A program made the translations under genes and the position numbers. The notes beneath the pieces are model-generated. The model did no database searches, was not told the origin of the DNA, and saw only the letters and a list, made by a program, of their open reading frames with translations. A stretch of DNA of 64,000 nt from Nitrospirota bacterium (lineage in GTDB: Bacteria > Nitrospirota > UBA9217). The stretch spans positions 224,001 through 288,000 of the forward strand of contig CAVUCU010000005.1 in the NCBI GenBank assembly GCA_963740085.1, given 5' to 3'. Of the stretch, positions 10,658 to 19,828 are shown piece by piece (positions within the stretch are counted from its first letter, which is position 1; each line of letters opens with the position of its first letter).

Positions 10658-11344
10658 TCAGAGCGGGTTCTTGTTCAGCACCGCAGACTCGGTGCCGTTC
10701 TGGAGCAGTTCAAGCATGCGGGCCAGGGATTCGTCATGAAGTTCCTGAATGAGCTCCTTGTCCACTCCCCGCTTTCTCTTCTTGTTCAGGAACGAGAGAA
10801 AGACCATGCTTTTGTAGATCCGCTTGTTGGTCTTGAAGGAAAAGATGTAACTGTCAAGAGAGTTTTCGAGCAGCAAGTCACTCCGTTTCCGGACCGCCCT
10901 GCTGATCCTGACGGTCTGGAGCCAGTAGGACTTATCGATCAGGCTGTCAGCCTTCATCTCGACCCACGTATGTCCCATGTTCCCCATCTCATCGGTCAGG
11001 GTCTCATGCGCCACGGTATCGGCGGCAAGATGAGCCAGGTAGCCGTAGGCAAACGATCGCTCGGGCCAGGTCTTTGCCTGATCCAGAAGTTTGAGGCCCA
11101 CATCCCAGGAGTGCGAACTCTTGTCGTCCGGGAGATACTTTTTCCCGAGTATGATATCGGCCATGATGTTGCCGTAGAGGAAGTCCTGACGGTGCTTATT
11201 GAGAAGCGCGAGGATGCCGGCCGGGATGAGCGGTGCGCAGTTGAGCAGTTCATTGCCAAGATACATATGGGTCATGGGACCCCATGCAAAAGCAAAGGAA
11301 GGGACAAGAATGAAACCGGCTGCAAGAAATAAAATAAATATCAT
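10658..11344 (-). CDS. zinc-dependent phospholipase C family protein
   Basis: Signal peptide then WGPMTH; FLYGNIMAD; GYLAHLAADTVAH. Confidence 0.8.
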   Translation of the reverse strand: MIFILFLAAGFILVPSFAFAWGPMTHMYLGNELLNCAPLIPAGILALLNKHRQDFLYGNIMADIILGKKYLPDDKSSHSWDVGLKLLDQAKTWPERSFAYGYLAHLAADTVAHETLTDEMGNMGHTWVEMKADSLIDKSYWLQTVRISRAVRKRSDLLLENSLDSYIFSFKTNKRIYKSMVFLSFLNKKRKRGVDKELIQELHDESLARMLELLQNGTESAVLNKNPL

Positions 11345-11724
11345 GTGCTCTTTTCTGACTCGTATAATAAATGGTCCGAACAACAAACTCTTACATAATA
11401 CCTCTTGGGTACCGTTGCGTCAATACAAAAATTGACCGGGAAACCCCGTGAGAGCAAGCAGTTCTCTCATGATTATATATCGTGGCTTTGCACCACAATT
11501 TCTCCGGCAGATATTTTCCACTGACTGGAGTCCGGCGGCTTTCTCGAATGGGGTAAATCTTACTTTTTGTCGTCTGAAAACATAGCCTCCGGTTATTCGT
11601 ACTTCACAGAAGAACCGACTGCACCCGGATCCCCTGTTGGAAACCTGCCTTGCCACCGAGCGGCTTGACGGGCAAGAATCTCAAAAGGGTCCGGGGAAAG
11701 ATATCCCTCGGGATCGGGAAACGG

Positions 11725-11952
11725 CTACTTGCACCCTGCGCAGGACGATGAAGAACAGCCGCCGCAGCCGGAACTGCTGCCTGAAGACGCTGATGTCGAA
11801 CTGTTCGAAGACCTGCCCGTGCCGAAGCGGGACATGAGCTTCTCGGTCTTCTTTGAGCCACACCTCTCGCAGGCGACTTCCGGATTCGATCCGAAGACGA
11901 GCTTCTCGAAATCGGTGTTGCAATCATCACAGTGATATTCGTAGATGGGCAT
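11725..11952 (-). CDS. FmdB-family zinc-ribbon protein
   Basis: MPIYEYHCDDC...CERCGS and Cys-rich tail CGGCSSSSCAGC. Confidence 0.88.
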   Translation of the reverse strand: MPIYEYHCDDCNTDFEKLVFGSNPEVACERCGSKKTEKLMSRFGTGRSSNSSTSASSGSSSGCGGCSSSSCAGCK

Positions 11953-11966
11953 AGTATCCTTTTAAT

Positions 11967-13244
11967 TCATTTCACCTTCTGAAGGGAATGCCTGCCGTCA
12001 AATGTCTCTCTTGGGGGGCAATCCGCGGTTGAAAGCGCCTCTTCCAGCAGTTGCACCGGGTGCATCACTTCGATCCCGGAACCGCGTCGCCTCAGCGCAT
12101 CTGATATCTGCATGCAACAGCCGGGGCAACCCGTTGCAACCACCGCCGCGCGGGTTGCGATGATATTGTTCACCTTGTCTGCGGCAATACCATCGGAAAG
12201 CTCCCGGTGGGTTATACGCATCACCCCGCCGAACCCGCAGCAGCGGTCCGGGTACCTCATTTCCACGAGCGTAAGACCGGGGATGCTCCGGAGCAGGGCT
12301 CGTACGGTCCCCGACAGTCCCTGACCTCTGCTGAGGTGACACGGGTCATGGACGGTTACGCTTTTGCTGACCGGGTTGAGCTTGAGCCCTGCGATCCTGC
12401 CCGCAAGAAACTCATGGATGTCGAGCACAACCGGCGCCTTCGCGCCGGGTCGAAGCAGCTTAGGATAATCCTTTTTAAACGTCAGGCCGCAAGAGGCGCA
12501 GGAGGTGACGATCGCATCCACCTCAAGTGCCTCGAAGAGCGCGGCGTTTTGCGCGGCAAGCTCTTCCGCCGCCTGTCGGTCGCCGAGCGAAAGGAGCGGT
12601 CTGCCACAGCATTTCAGATCGTCGGGCACGATCACGTCGTATCCGATAGCGTTCAGGACGCGTATCGTTGCGCCTCCGATGTCGGTCTGAATGTGCTCGA
12701 CCGCGCACCCCGGGAAAAAAGCAACCGTCCCTCTTCTTGTTGTTTTCTCTGAACTTTGAACGAAGCCCGCCCTCGAACGTTTTAATCGAGGGAACCTTGA
12801 GCCTGTTCCCCGCTCCCCTGCCCCCTGACTTTTTGAGTAATGGAGCATGACCGGGGCAAGCCATGCGGCAGCGCGCATCAGGGCGGGCTGCTTCAAGGCG
12901 CCGGCTATGACGCTGCTGATGATCCCCGTGCCGGACTCTGCAACCGCCTGCTCTTTTGCCGCCTGAAGGATCTCCGTCACCGGGACATTGCTCGGGCAGG
13001 CCGCCTCGCAGGCCAGACAGGTCGCACACGTAGCGAGGCGGTCTTTGTATATCCTGGAGACCTTGAGCCGTCCGTCCAATACGGCTTTGATAAGCGCCAT
13101 CCTGCCGCGGGCAGAGAACGACTCATCGTGTTCATGCAGATAGGTTGGACAGACCGCGCTGCAGGAACCGCACTTTACGCAGCGGGCAAGGTCCGCCTGG
13201 TGAAGCTCCAGTGCACTGGCGATTTGTGTTTGCTTATTCTTCAT
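11967..13244 (-). CDS. GlcF-like Fe-S oxidoreductase (two 4Fe-4S motifs plus two CCG domains)
   Basis: CVKCGSCSAVCP, CATCLACEAACP, FFPGC, CCG, HDPCH and CCGFGG. Confidence 0.85.
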   Translation of the reverse strand: MKNKQTQIASALELHQADLARCVKCGSCSAVCPTYLHEHDESFSARGRMALIKAVLDGRLKVSRIYKDRLATCATCLACEAACPSNVPVTEILQAAKEQAVAESGTGIISSVIAGALKQPALMRAAAWLAPVMLHYSKSQGAGERGTGSRFPRLKRSRAGFVQSSEKTTRRGTVAFFPGCAVEHIQTDIGGATIRVLNAIGYDVIVPDDLKCCGRPLLSLGDRQAAEELAAQNAALFEALEVDAIVTSCASCGLTFKKDYPKLLRPGAKAPVVLDIHEFLAGRIAGLKLNPVSKSVTVHDPCHLSRGQGLSGTVRALLRSIPGLTLVEMRYPDRCCGFGGVMRITHRELSDGIAADKVNNIIATRAAVVATGCPGCCMQISDALRRRGSGIEVMHPVQLLEEALSTADCPPRETFDGRHSLQKVK

Positions 13245-13260
13245 GGCTCATCATGACGGT

Positions 13261-13893
13261 TCATGGCAGGATCGACACCGGAGTGCCAAGGGACACCACG
13301 CGGTAAATTTCGTCTACATCGGCGTTGTCAAGTGCGATGCAGCCGTCGGTCCAGTTTCTCTCAACCGGCTGTCGAGGCACATCACTGGCACCGATCGTTC
13401 TGCCATGGATGCCCACGGCCCCGCCAAGCTTCGTCTCCCACGTGGGTGGCAACCGTGCCTCGATAGCCTTCCTGATCATCGCATATTCAACAGGAGAGAT
13501 CATTCTGGATTTGAGGCCGTATTCCGCGTGTGGCAAACCGGGGTAGCTGAGGCCCAGGAACTTATGGAATCGCCTGCTGTGATTCATGGTGCAGATATAG
13601 AAATCCCCTTCCGGTGTCCGCCGGTCACCCATCCGTTGTTTATCGCCTTCCCCATAGCCCTTGCCGAACACAGCCTGGTACGTCTTGACGGAAGTCTCAC
13701 CCTTGAAGAGGGTCATGCTATACCGCGATTTCCGGATAACGAGCTTGATCTTCCCGTCGAGTGAGGAGAGCAAGGTTTCAAAGGCTTCCGTATGGAGGGT
13801 CGGCGTCTCGGGCAGCGGCGAAATGCAGGTCAACAGCAGGAACGCGGCAAGGGGTATGAGTACACGACTGCTATTTTTCTGTTTCGGGGCCAT
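13261..13893 (-). CDS. L,D-transpeptidase family protein (YkuD-like)
   Basis: GDKQRMGDRRTPEG, LSYP and IHG...WTDGCIAL catalytic His/Cys. Confidence 0.85.
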   Translation of the reverse strand: MAPKQKNSSRVLIPLAAFLLLTCISPLPETPTLHTEAFETLLSSLDGKIKLVIRKSRYSMTLFKGETSVKTYQAVFGKGYGEGDKQRMGDRRTPEGDFYICTMNHSRRFHKFLGLSYPGLPHAEYGLKSRMISPVEYAMIRKAIEARLPPTWETKLGGAVGIHGRTIGASDVPRQPVERNWTDGCIALDNADVDEIYRVVSLGTPVSILP

Positions 13894-13907
13894 TCATCCA
13901 CCCGCGA

Positions 13908-14171
13908 TCACGCGCGGTTCTTGTCCTCGTATCGTCGGGCACAGGCGTCGCTGCAGAAATAAGTAAGCGTGCCCCGAATGCGCCGTGTTACCGCGCGGTC
14001 CTTTACCACATAGGTACGGCATTCGGGATCAAGCACCATTTCATCTCCCATGATCTGCCTGCCGTGACGTTGTTCATCATTGTGATAGGCCCTGAGCGCC
14101 GACCGCACGACGGTCCTGAGCGCGGAATAGATCACAAAAATGACGAGGATAAACACCACACCCCGGATCAT
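13908..14171 (-). CDS. membrane-anchored YHS/TRASH-like metal-binding protein
   Basis: N-terminal TM; MVLDPECRTYV...YFCSDAC. Confidence 0.75.
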   Translation of the reverse strand: MIRGVVFILVIFVIYSALRTVVRSALRAYHNDEQRHGRQIMGDEMVLDPECRTYVVKDRAVTRRIRGTLTYFCSDACARRYEDKNRA

Positions 14172-14274
14172 GAAGTCTCCTTTTTGAGCGCTTTTTTAAA
14201 TGTCATTGCCTGAACCTCATAGCATCCGTCCGCGGGTGACCGGGGTAAGTTTCAAAAGGCATTTTCGCGTCGGA

Positions 14275-15849
14275 TCAATGCCTGAAATGCCGCATCCCGG
14301 TCATGACCATGGCGATCCCGTGCTCGTTCGCCGCCTTGATCACCTCTTCGTCCTTAAGCGACCCGCCGGGCTGGATAACGGCCGTTATGCCGGCCTTCGC
14401 CGCCTCGTCAAGTCCGTCGCGGAAGGGGAAGAAGGCGTCCGACGCGAGCACGGTCCCGGTAAGCGGGAACTGCGCCTTCATCACAGCGATACGCACCGAA
14501 TCAAGACGGCTCATCTGTCCGGCCCCGATGCCGATGGTCCGGTCTTTTGTGGTAAAGACGATGGCATTCGACTTCACATGCTTGCAGACCTTCCAGGCGA
14601 AGGCAAGCGCTTCGTATTCGTCATCAGTGGGTTTCCGCGCGGTCGCGACGGCCAGTTTCCGGATGTCTTCGATCCGGCCGAGGTCGCGGTCCTGATAGAT
14701 CAGCCCTCCCACGAGTTTTTTCATGTCCATGCCCTCGGGCGCGCCCGTCACCGTGGGTCCAACATCGAGCAGCCTCAGGTCCTTTTTCCGCTTGAGTTCT
14801 TCAAGTGCATCAGGCGCATACTCGGGCGCGACCACCACCTCCACGAATGTGGACGTGAGTTCCTTGGCGGTATCAAAATCCACCATGCGGTTAAAGGCGA
14901 TCACCCCGCCGAAGGCCGAGACCGGGTCACAGTCGCGCGCCTTGCAATAGGCCTCGAGGGGCGTTGCTGCCGTGGCCGCACCGCAGGGGTTGTTGTGCTT
15001 CACAATGATCGCCGCGGTCTGGTCGTACTCCTTCGCAAGCTCGAGCGCGCTGTTTGCATCGAGGAAGTTGTTGAAGGACATCTCTTTTCCCTGCAGCTGT
15101 CTCGCGTGGGCAACGCTCGGTTCTTTGCGTCCGAATTCCCTGTAGAACGCACCCTGCTGATGGGGATTCTCGCCGTAGCGCAGGTTCTGCACCTTCTCAA
15201 ACTGGAGCGTGAGGATGTTGGGGAAGCGGGTCTTCTCGTCTGCCGGCACCTGGCTGTCGAGCCAGGCCGAGATCGCACTGTCGTAGCGGGCGGTATGGAG
15301 AAAGACCGTGCGGCAAAGCTCGAAGCGGGTCTTTGCCGAGACCTCGCCGTGCTTCTGAAGCTCTTCGAGCACGCGACCGTAGTCGCGGGGTGACACCACC
15401 ACGGCCACGTCTGTGTAATTCTTGGCCGCGGAACGCAGCATGGTCGGGCCGCCTATATCGATGTTCTCGATCGCGTCCTCAAGGGTACACCCCGGTTTAG
15501 CCACGGTCTGCTCAAAGGGGTAGAGGTTCACGACCACGAGATCGATGGGCTCGATGCCGTGCTGTTTCATCTGTCTCACATGCTCGGGATTGCCTCGCCT
15601 GCCGAGGATCCCGCCATGCACCTTGGGGTGCAGGGTCTTGACCCTGCCGTCGAGCATCTCGGGGAATCCCGTGAATTCCGACACATCCTTGACCTTGACG
15701 CCGGCATCGCGAAGCATCTTTGCCGTTCCGCCAGTGGACAGGATCTCAATGCCGAGTTTCTCGATCCCCCTGGCGAAATCGAGAATGCCTTCCTTGTGTG
15801 AAACACTGATGAGTGCGCGCGTCACTTTGGCCACAGGGTGAACCTCCAT
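14275..15849 (-). CDS. purH: bifunctional AICAR transformylase/IMP cyclohydrolase
   Basis: ALISV, GRVKTLHP, ENIDIGGP, LRYGENPHQ, SDAFFPF and RHFRH. Confidence 0.98.
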   Translation of the reverse strand: MEVHPVAKVTRALISVSHKEGILDFARGIEKLGIEILSTGGTAKMLRDAGVKVKDVSEFTGFPEMLDGRVKTLHPKVHGGILGRRGNPEHVRQMKQHGIEPIDLVVVNLYPFEQTVAKPGCTLEDAIENIDIGGPTMLRSAAKNYTDVAVVVSPRDYGRVLEELQKHGEVSAKTRFELCRTVFLHTARYDSAISAWLDSQVPADEKTRFPNILTLQFEKVQNLRYGENPHQQGAFYREFGRKEPSVAHARQLQGKEMSFNNFLDANSALELAKEYDQTAAIIVKHNNPCGAATAATPLEAYCKARDCDPVSAFGGVIAFNRMVDFDTAKELTSTFVEVVVAPEYAPDALEELKRKKDLRLLDVGPTVTGAPEGMDMKKLVGGLIYQDRDLGRIEDIRKLAVATARKPTDDEYEALAFAWKVCKHVKSNAIVFTTKDRTIGIGAGQMSRLDSVRIAVMKAQFPLTGTVLASDAFFPFRDGLDEAAKAGITAVIQPGGSLKDEEVIKAANEHGIAMVMTGMRHFRH

Positions 15850-15887
15850 GATAAAAAATGATGGGAAACCACAGTAGAACGTGAAGA

Positions 15888-15916
15888 ATTGTAACCGATA
15901 GGACGGTGAAAGTCAA
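15888..15916 (-). promoter_or_regulatory. sigma70-type promoter of purH
   Basis: Minus strand TTGACT-17 nt-TACAAT. Confidence 0.65.
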
Positions 15917-15960
15917 TTTATGACGTGCTCTTTGACGTGCTCTTAAAAAGCGGGCTTTCA

Positions 15961-16040
15961 TCACAGCGGCACAGAGGACACGGAGAATAAATCGTTGGCA
16001 TTAAAATGCCATACCTCCGTGTCTCAGTGTCTCAGTGGTT
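15961..16040. repeat. 9-nt-periodic palindromic element
   Basis: CACAGCGGCACAGAGGACACGGAG ... CTCCGTGTCTCAGTGTCTCAGTGG. Confidence 0.7.
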
Positions 16041-16066
16041 TTTTGAATTTTTGTGATCGATTATAT

Positions 16067-16543
16067 CTATTTCGTCAGACCCGCGCGGAAGGCATCGAGC
16101 CACCTGATATGGCTTTTCTCCTCGTTAATAATCTCGTCGACCGCTTTCTTCTCTTTTACGAGGGACCTGAGCTCAAAAAAGTAGAGAAGCGTCTCTTTTT
16201 CGAAGCCAATCGCGAACTTTATGACATCCTGCACGGTCTTCACATGGTCCATGGCGGGAAGGGCCTTCCCCTTGCCAAGAAAAAATTCGGATTCGACAAA
16301 GGCTCGCATGTAATTGCTCACCTCATCCCACTCGACCGGCTCTGCTCCCTGCTTCGCGACCGTCGCCTTCAGATCGGTAAAGATCTTCTCATGCACCTTT
16401 TCCTTTGACGCCAGGGTGGTGAAAAGCTTGGCCAGATCGTCTTCCTTTTTGAACTTCTCCGCCATGGTGGAATAGAACTGGTAGCCAAGCGTTTCCGTCC
16501 GGATCGCCATCTCCATGATCTCATCGATCGAATATTTGTTCAT
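16067..16543 (-). CDS. ferritin-like/rubrerythrin family protein
   Basis: AIRTE..GYQFY, EKVH, AIGFEK and EEKSH di-iron pattern. Confidence 0.82.
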   Translation of the reverse strand: MNKYSIDEIMEMAIRTETLGYQFYSTMAEKFKKEDDLAKLFTTLASKEKVHEKIFTDLKATVAKQGAEPVEWDEVSNYMRAFVESEFFLGKGKALPAMDHVKTVQDVIKFAIGFEKETLLYFFELRSLVKEKKAVDEIINEEKSHIRWLDAFRAGLTK

Positions 16544-16779
16544 GCCTGTCTCCTTTATAAAAAGAATGGATGATTTACGCTGCGCACGCCGAAGCCGTTG
16601 CCTGAAAATAATAGCGTTTTACGAAGAAGGTGTCAATCGAATTTTGTTCCATCAATCGGCCGCTTTCCTGTTGACCCGGTACACATCGACACGGATGCCG
16701 TGGTACAGAAACACAAGACCGGCCTGCAAATCAAACTAGCCGCCATTACCCCAAGCTCTGCCTCGCCGCTGTTTCGGGG

Positions 16780-16808
16780 TTGACAAGTACGTCTTGTTTT
16801 GCTACATT
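16780..16808 (+). promoter_or_regulatory. sigma70-type promoter of pfp
   Basis: TTGACA-17 nt-TACATT. Confidence 0.7.
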
Positions 16809-16877
16809 TGCGCGGGACTTGAAAAGCAGGGGTGAGAAGCAAAAAGGTACAAAAATATCAGCCATCAGGAGGCGATC

Positions 16878-18113
16878 ATGGGAGAAAAACTTGCAATAGT
16901 CATCGGCGGGGGACCGGCACCAGGGATCAACGGGGTGATTGCCGCAGTCACATTCGAGGCCGTAAAGCAGGGACTGGAGGTCATCGGCATCTACGACGGA
17001 TTCAAGTGGCTGGGCAAGGGGGATACCTCACATACGATCCGTCTTGACAAAGACGAGATCTCACGCATACACCTGCGCGGCGGCTCGCTCCTGCGCACCT
17101 CGCGCGACAACCCTACCAAGAGCCCCGAAAAAATGGCCAATGTGCTCAAGTCCTTGAACAGCCTCGGCATCAGGTATCTGGTGACCATCGGTGGAGACGA
17201 CACGGCCTACACAGCCACCCGGGTCGAACAGGAGGCAGGCGGCAAGATAGCAGTCTGCCATGTGCCCAAGACCATCGACAACGACCTGCCGCTTCCGCAC
17301 GGCATCCCGACCTTCGGATTTGAGACCGCGCGCCAGCTCGGCACCCAGCTGGTCGAGAACATCATGGAGGACGCCCGAACCGCGGGCAGGTGGTATTTCG
17401 TTATCGCCATGGGCCGCTCCGCGGGGTTCCTGGCGCTCGGCATGGGCATGGGCGCCGGCGCCACGCTGACCCTCATCCCGGAGGAACTGGGCAGCAAAAT
17501 ATCGCTGAACAAGGTGATCGCCATTCTCGCGGGCGCTGTCATCAAGCGGCTTTCCCTCGGCAGGTCCCACGGTGTGGTCGTGATCGCAGAAGGCGTTGCC
17601 ACGCGTTTCGATCCTGAAGAACTGACCTTCCTCAAAGACGTGCCGCGGGACGACCACGGCAACATCCGCCTGGCGGAGATCCCGCTCGGAGATCTGCTGA
17701 AACAGCGGGTGATGGCGGAACTGGACAAGCTTGGAATCAAGACGACCATCATCGCCAAGGACATCGGCTATGAGCTTCGCTGTCAGCCGCCCATCTCCTA
17801 CGACCGCGAATACACCCGCTACCTGGGCTACAGCGCGGTAAAGTTCCTGACCTCGGGCGGCACCGGCGCCATGATCATGCTGAAGGACGGCAAGAACCTG
17901 CCGATCAAGTTCGCGGATCTTATAGACCCCAAGACGGGCAAGACGCGTATCCGTACCGTGGATATCAATTCCGATGACTACCACATGGCCCGAAGATATA
18001 TGATACGGCTCGAGAAGGAAGACATGGAAGGTGAGAAACTAAATCTACTGGCGGCAACGGCAAAGATGAGCCCCGAGGATTTCAAGAAGAAGTTCGGCGC
18101 AGCAGTGGAATGA
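16878..18113 (+). CDS. pfp: pyrophosphate-dependent phosphofructokinase
   Basis: GGGPAPGIN; GGDDT (Asp indicates PPi type); PKTIDND; MGR; IGYELR. Confidence 0.88.
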   Translation: MGEKLAIVIGGGPAPGINGVIAAVTFEAVKQGLEVIGIYDGFKWLGKGDTSHTIRLDKDEISRIHLRGGSLLRTSRDNPTKSPEKMANVLKSLNSLGIRYLVTIGGDDTAYTATRVEQEAGGKIAVCHVPKTIDNDLPLPHGIPTFGFETARQLGTQLVENIMEDARTAGRWYFVIAMGRSAGFLALGMGMGAGATLTLIPEELGSKISLNKVIAILAGAVIKRLSLGRSHGVVVIAEGVATRFDPEELTFLKDVPRDDHGNIRLAEIPLGDLLKQRVMAELDKLGIKTTIIAKDIGYELRCQPPISYDREYTRYLGYSAVKFLTSGGTGAMIMLKDGKNLPIKFADLIDPKTGKTRIRTVDINSDDYHMARRYMIRLEKEDMEGEKLNLLAATAKMSPEDFKKKFGAAVE

Positions 18114-18240
18114 TGAACACCCGTGACAGGTAATAGGTGATCCGTAACAGGTAGGGGGGAAGTGACCCGCAAATACACCGTGAGGGGCTGCATCTGCTCC
18201 TCACTTTTTTATTTCTGTTTATTCATCACTCATTACTGAT
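18112..18240. repeat. 7-nt-periodic element, right arm interrupted by a transposase fragment
   Basis: GTGACAG GTAATAG GTGATCC GTAACAG ... TCATCAC TCATTAC; units resume at 18771-18783 (TATTAC TCATTAC). Confidence 0.6.
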
Positions 18241-18773
18241 GCTATCTTTCCGGCCCGATCAAATTTTACAGCCTGAATGCCGTTGATACGGCAATCAACC
18301 GCTGTGGGATAGAACCGATGGCTTTCCGGGAAGCGCAAAGCGTTTTAGACGCTGTTTATGCGATCTGGATGCGCATGGGCATACCGGAGAACCTGCAGGT
18401 AGACAATGAGTTCTCCTTTTACGGGAGCCCAACCCATCCCCGTGGCATGGGGCCGCTTATTCGTCTCTGCCTGCGCTACGGGGTCAACCTTTGGTTCATT
18501 CCGCCTTCCGAACCATGGCGAAACGGGATTGTCGAGAAGTTCAATGATCATTACCGGCAAAAGTTTCTCGAAAAGATCACCATGGCATCAATGCCGCAGC
18601 TTCGACAAGAATCACTGGCATTTGAACATCGGCATAACAGCGCTTATCGCTACAGCAAAATCAAAGGGAAAACGCCTCTTACAGCATTAGCCGAAGAGAA
18701 AACGAAACTGATCTTCCCGAGCAAGAGTGATGCTCCAAAGCATCCCTTGGAGAAACCGGAGGAAGGACGCTAT
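18240..18773 (+). pseudogene. internal fragment of a DDE integrase-core transposase (IS481-like)
   Basis: YSLNAVD...GIPENLQVDN...FIPPSEPWRNGIVEKFN...HN..YRYS.IKGKTP; no N-terminal HTH and no IS ends. Confidence 0.8.
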
Positions 18774-18792
18774 TACTCATTACGCCTTTCAA

Positions 18793-19074
18793 CTACAGCG
18801 GGATCCTCTTCTCCCGTGCAATGTTTCTGAGGACGATCATGGCATTGTGCAGGCGCTGGAGCTTCATGTTCCTCGTTCTGAGGACAGCCTGATCAGTGAA
18901 ATCCGTCTTTTCGTTCCTCGTGCTGGTAAGCGCCTTGTTCAGGTGATCGTAAAGTTCCTTGACCATGGCCTTGTCGAATTTTTTAAGGAAAAGCGGGTTC
19001 ACCGAGATGTAGCCTTCGGCGACATCGATGGCTACCACCCTCATGCTCTTGCCCCTGAATCCGCTTTCCGCCAT
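18793..19074 (-). CDS. hypothetical protein (93 aa)
   Basis: Host-like codon usage; tightly follows the upstream HAMP gene. Confidence 0.7.
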   Translation of the reverse strand: MAESGFRGKSMRVVAIDVAEGYISVNPLFLKKFDKAMVKELYDHLNKALTSTRNEKTDFTDQAVLRTRNMKLQRLHNAMIVLRNIAREKRIPL

Positions 19075-19085
19075 GATGACCGCCC

Positions 19086-19640
19086 CTACCTTTTATCACA
19101 AGCCTTGATGGCATTTTCCAGGATATCCTGCGTGGTGCGCAGGCCCTCGATGTGCTTCTGAATTTCCTCACTGTCCGCGCCTTGCCGGACTTTTTCCTTG
19201 AGGGCCTCGATGCCCGCAAAAAGTTCCCGGGCGGTTTCCCGGATCAAAGCATGGGAGCTCCTGCTGTGATCACACAGACGGGTGACCGCCTTGCCAAGGT
19301 CCTTCAGGATGGGATCGTCCGAATCCCGCAGCCGCAGAGAAACATTGCTGTCTCCCTCCGCAAGGTGCTCGAGCATCCTGCGTATCCGTTGCAACGGCCC
19401 GATGAAGGTGTGGGAATACATCGTGCCGACAATGCCGACGAAGAACAGGAGGGTGATCAAAGCGATGGGGAAAAAAACGGAAAGTTGCACAATCTCGGCG
19501 AGTTTCTGGAAAACCTTCAACAGAAAGGTGTAGGCGCCCAGGACAACGAGAAGAAAGATGATAAACCGCAATTGCGGGCCTGCCGCGCTCAGATGGCTCT
19601 TACCCCTGCTTAGCGAGTGTCTCTTTCCGGTCGTCGGCAT
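19086..19640 (-). CDS. two-TM HAMP-domain membrane protein
   Basis: Two TM helices then SHTFIGPLQRI...LAEGD...LRLRDSD HAMP-like motif and a coiled coil. Confidence 0.72.
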   Translation of the reverse strand: MPTTGKRHSLSRGKSHLSAAGPQLRFIIFLLVVLGAYTFLLKVFQKLAEIVQLSVFFPIALITLLFFVGIVGTMYSHTFIGPLQRIRRMLEHLAEGDSNVSLRLRDSDDPILKDLGKAVTRLCDHSRSSHALIRETARELFAGIEALKEKVRQGADSEEIQKHIEGLRTTQDILENAIKACDKR

Positions 19641-19793
19641 AAATTCTCTTCACCTTAATCAATACGTTATTGCACTCATGTCATTTCAGGTGGTCATGCC
19701 TGGCGCAAGACAAACCACGATTTGATTATACTGTTAACGGGCTGGCCGGTCAAGGTCATATTTGCAGGCGAATCGGCCGTCATGAAATACCCC

Positions 19794-19822
19794 TTGAAGA
19801 ACACGAAGCACTATGGTAGAGT
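19794..19822 (+). promoter_or_regulatory. sigma70 promoter of moaA (extended -10), probably leaderless
   Basis: TTGAAG-17 nt-TAGAGT with TGn extension; ATG 6 nt after the -10 and no SD. Confidence 0.55.
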
Positions 19823-19828
19823 TTCTTC

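Noticed and set aside
10244-11332. Long antisense ORFs (10244..11332, also 2026..3237, 14200..15393, 17061..17984, 34550..35431)
   Set aside because: Shadow frames opposite well-supported genes in GC-rich DNA, with no motifs.
15850-15960. ZTP riboswitch upstream of purH, and the tandem TGACGTGCTCTT x2 at 15921-15944
   Set aside because: The promoter lies about 40 nt from the start, leaving no room for a riboswitch; the 12-bp duplication has no supporting context.
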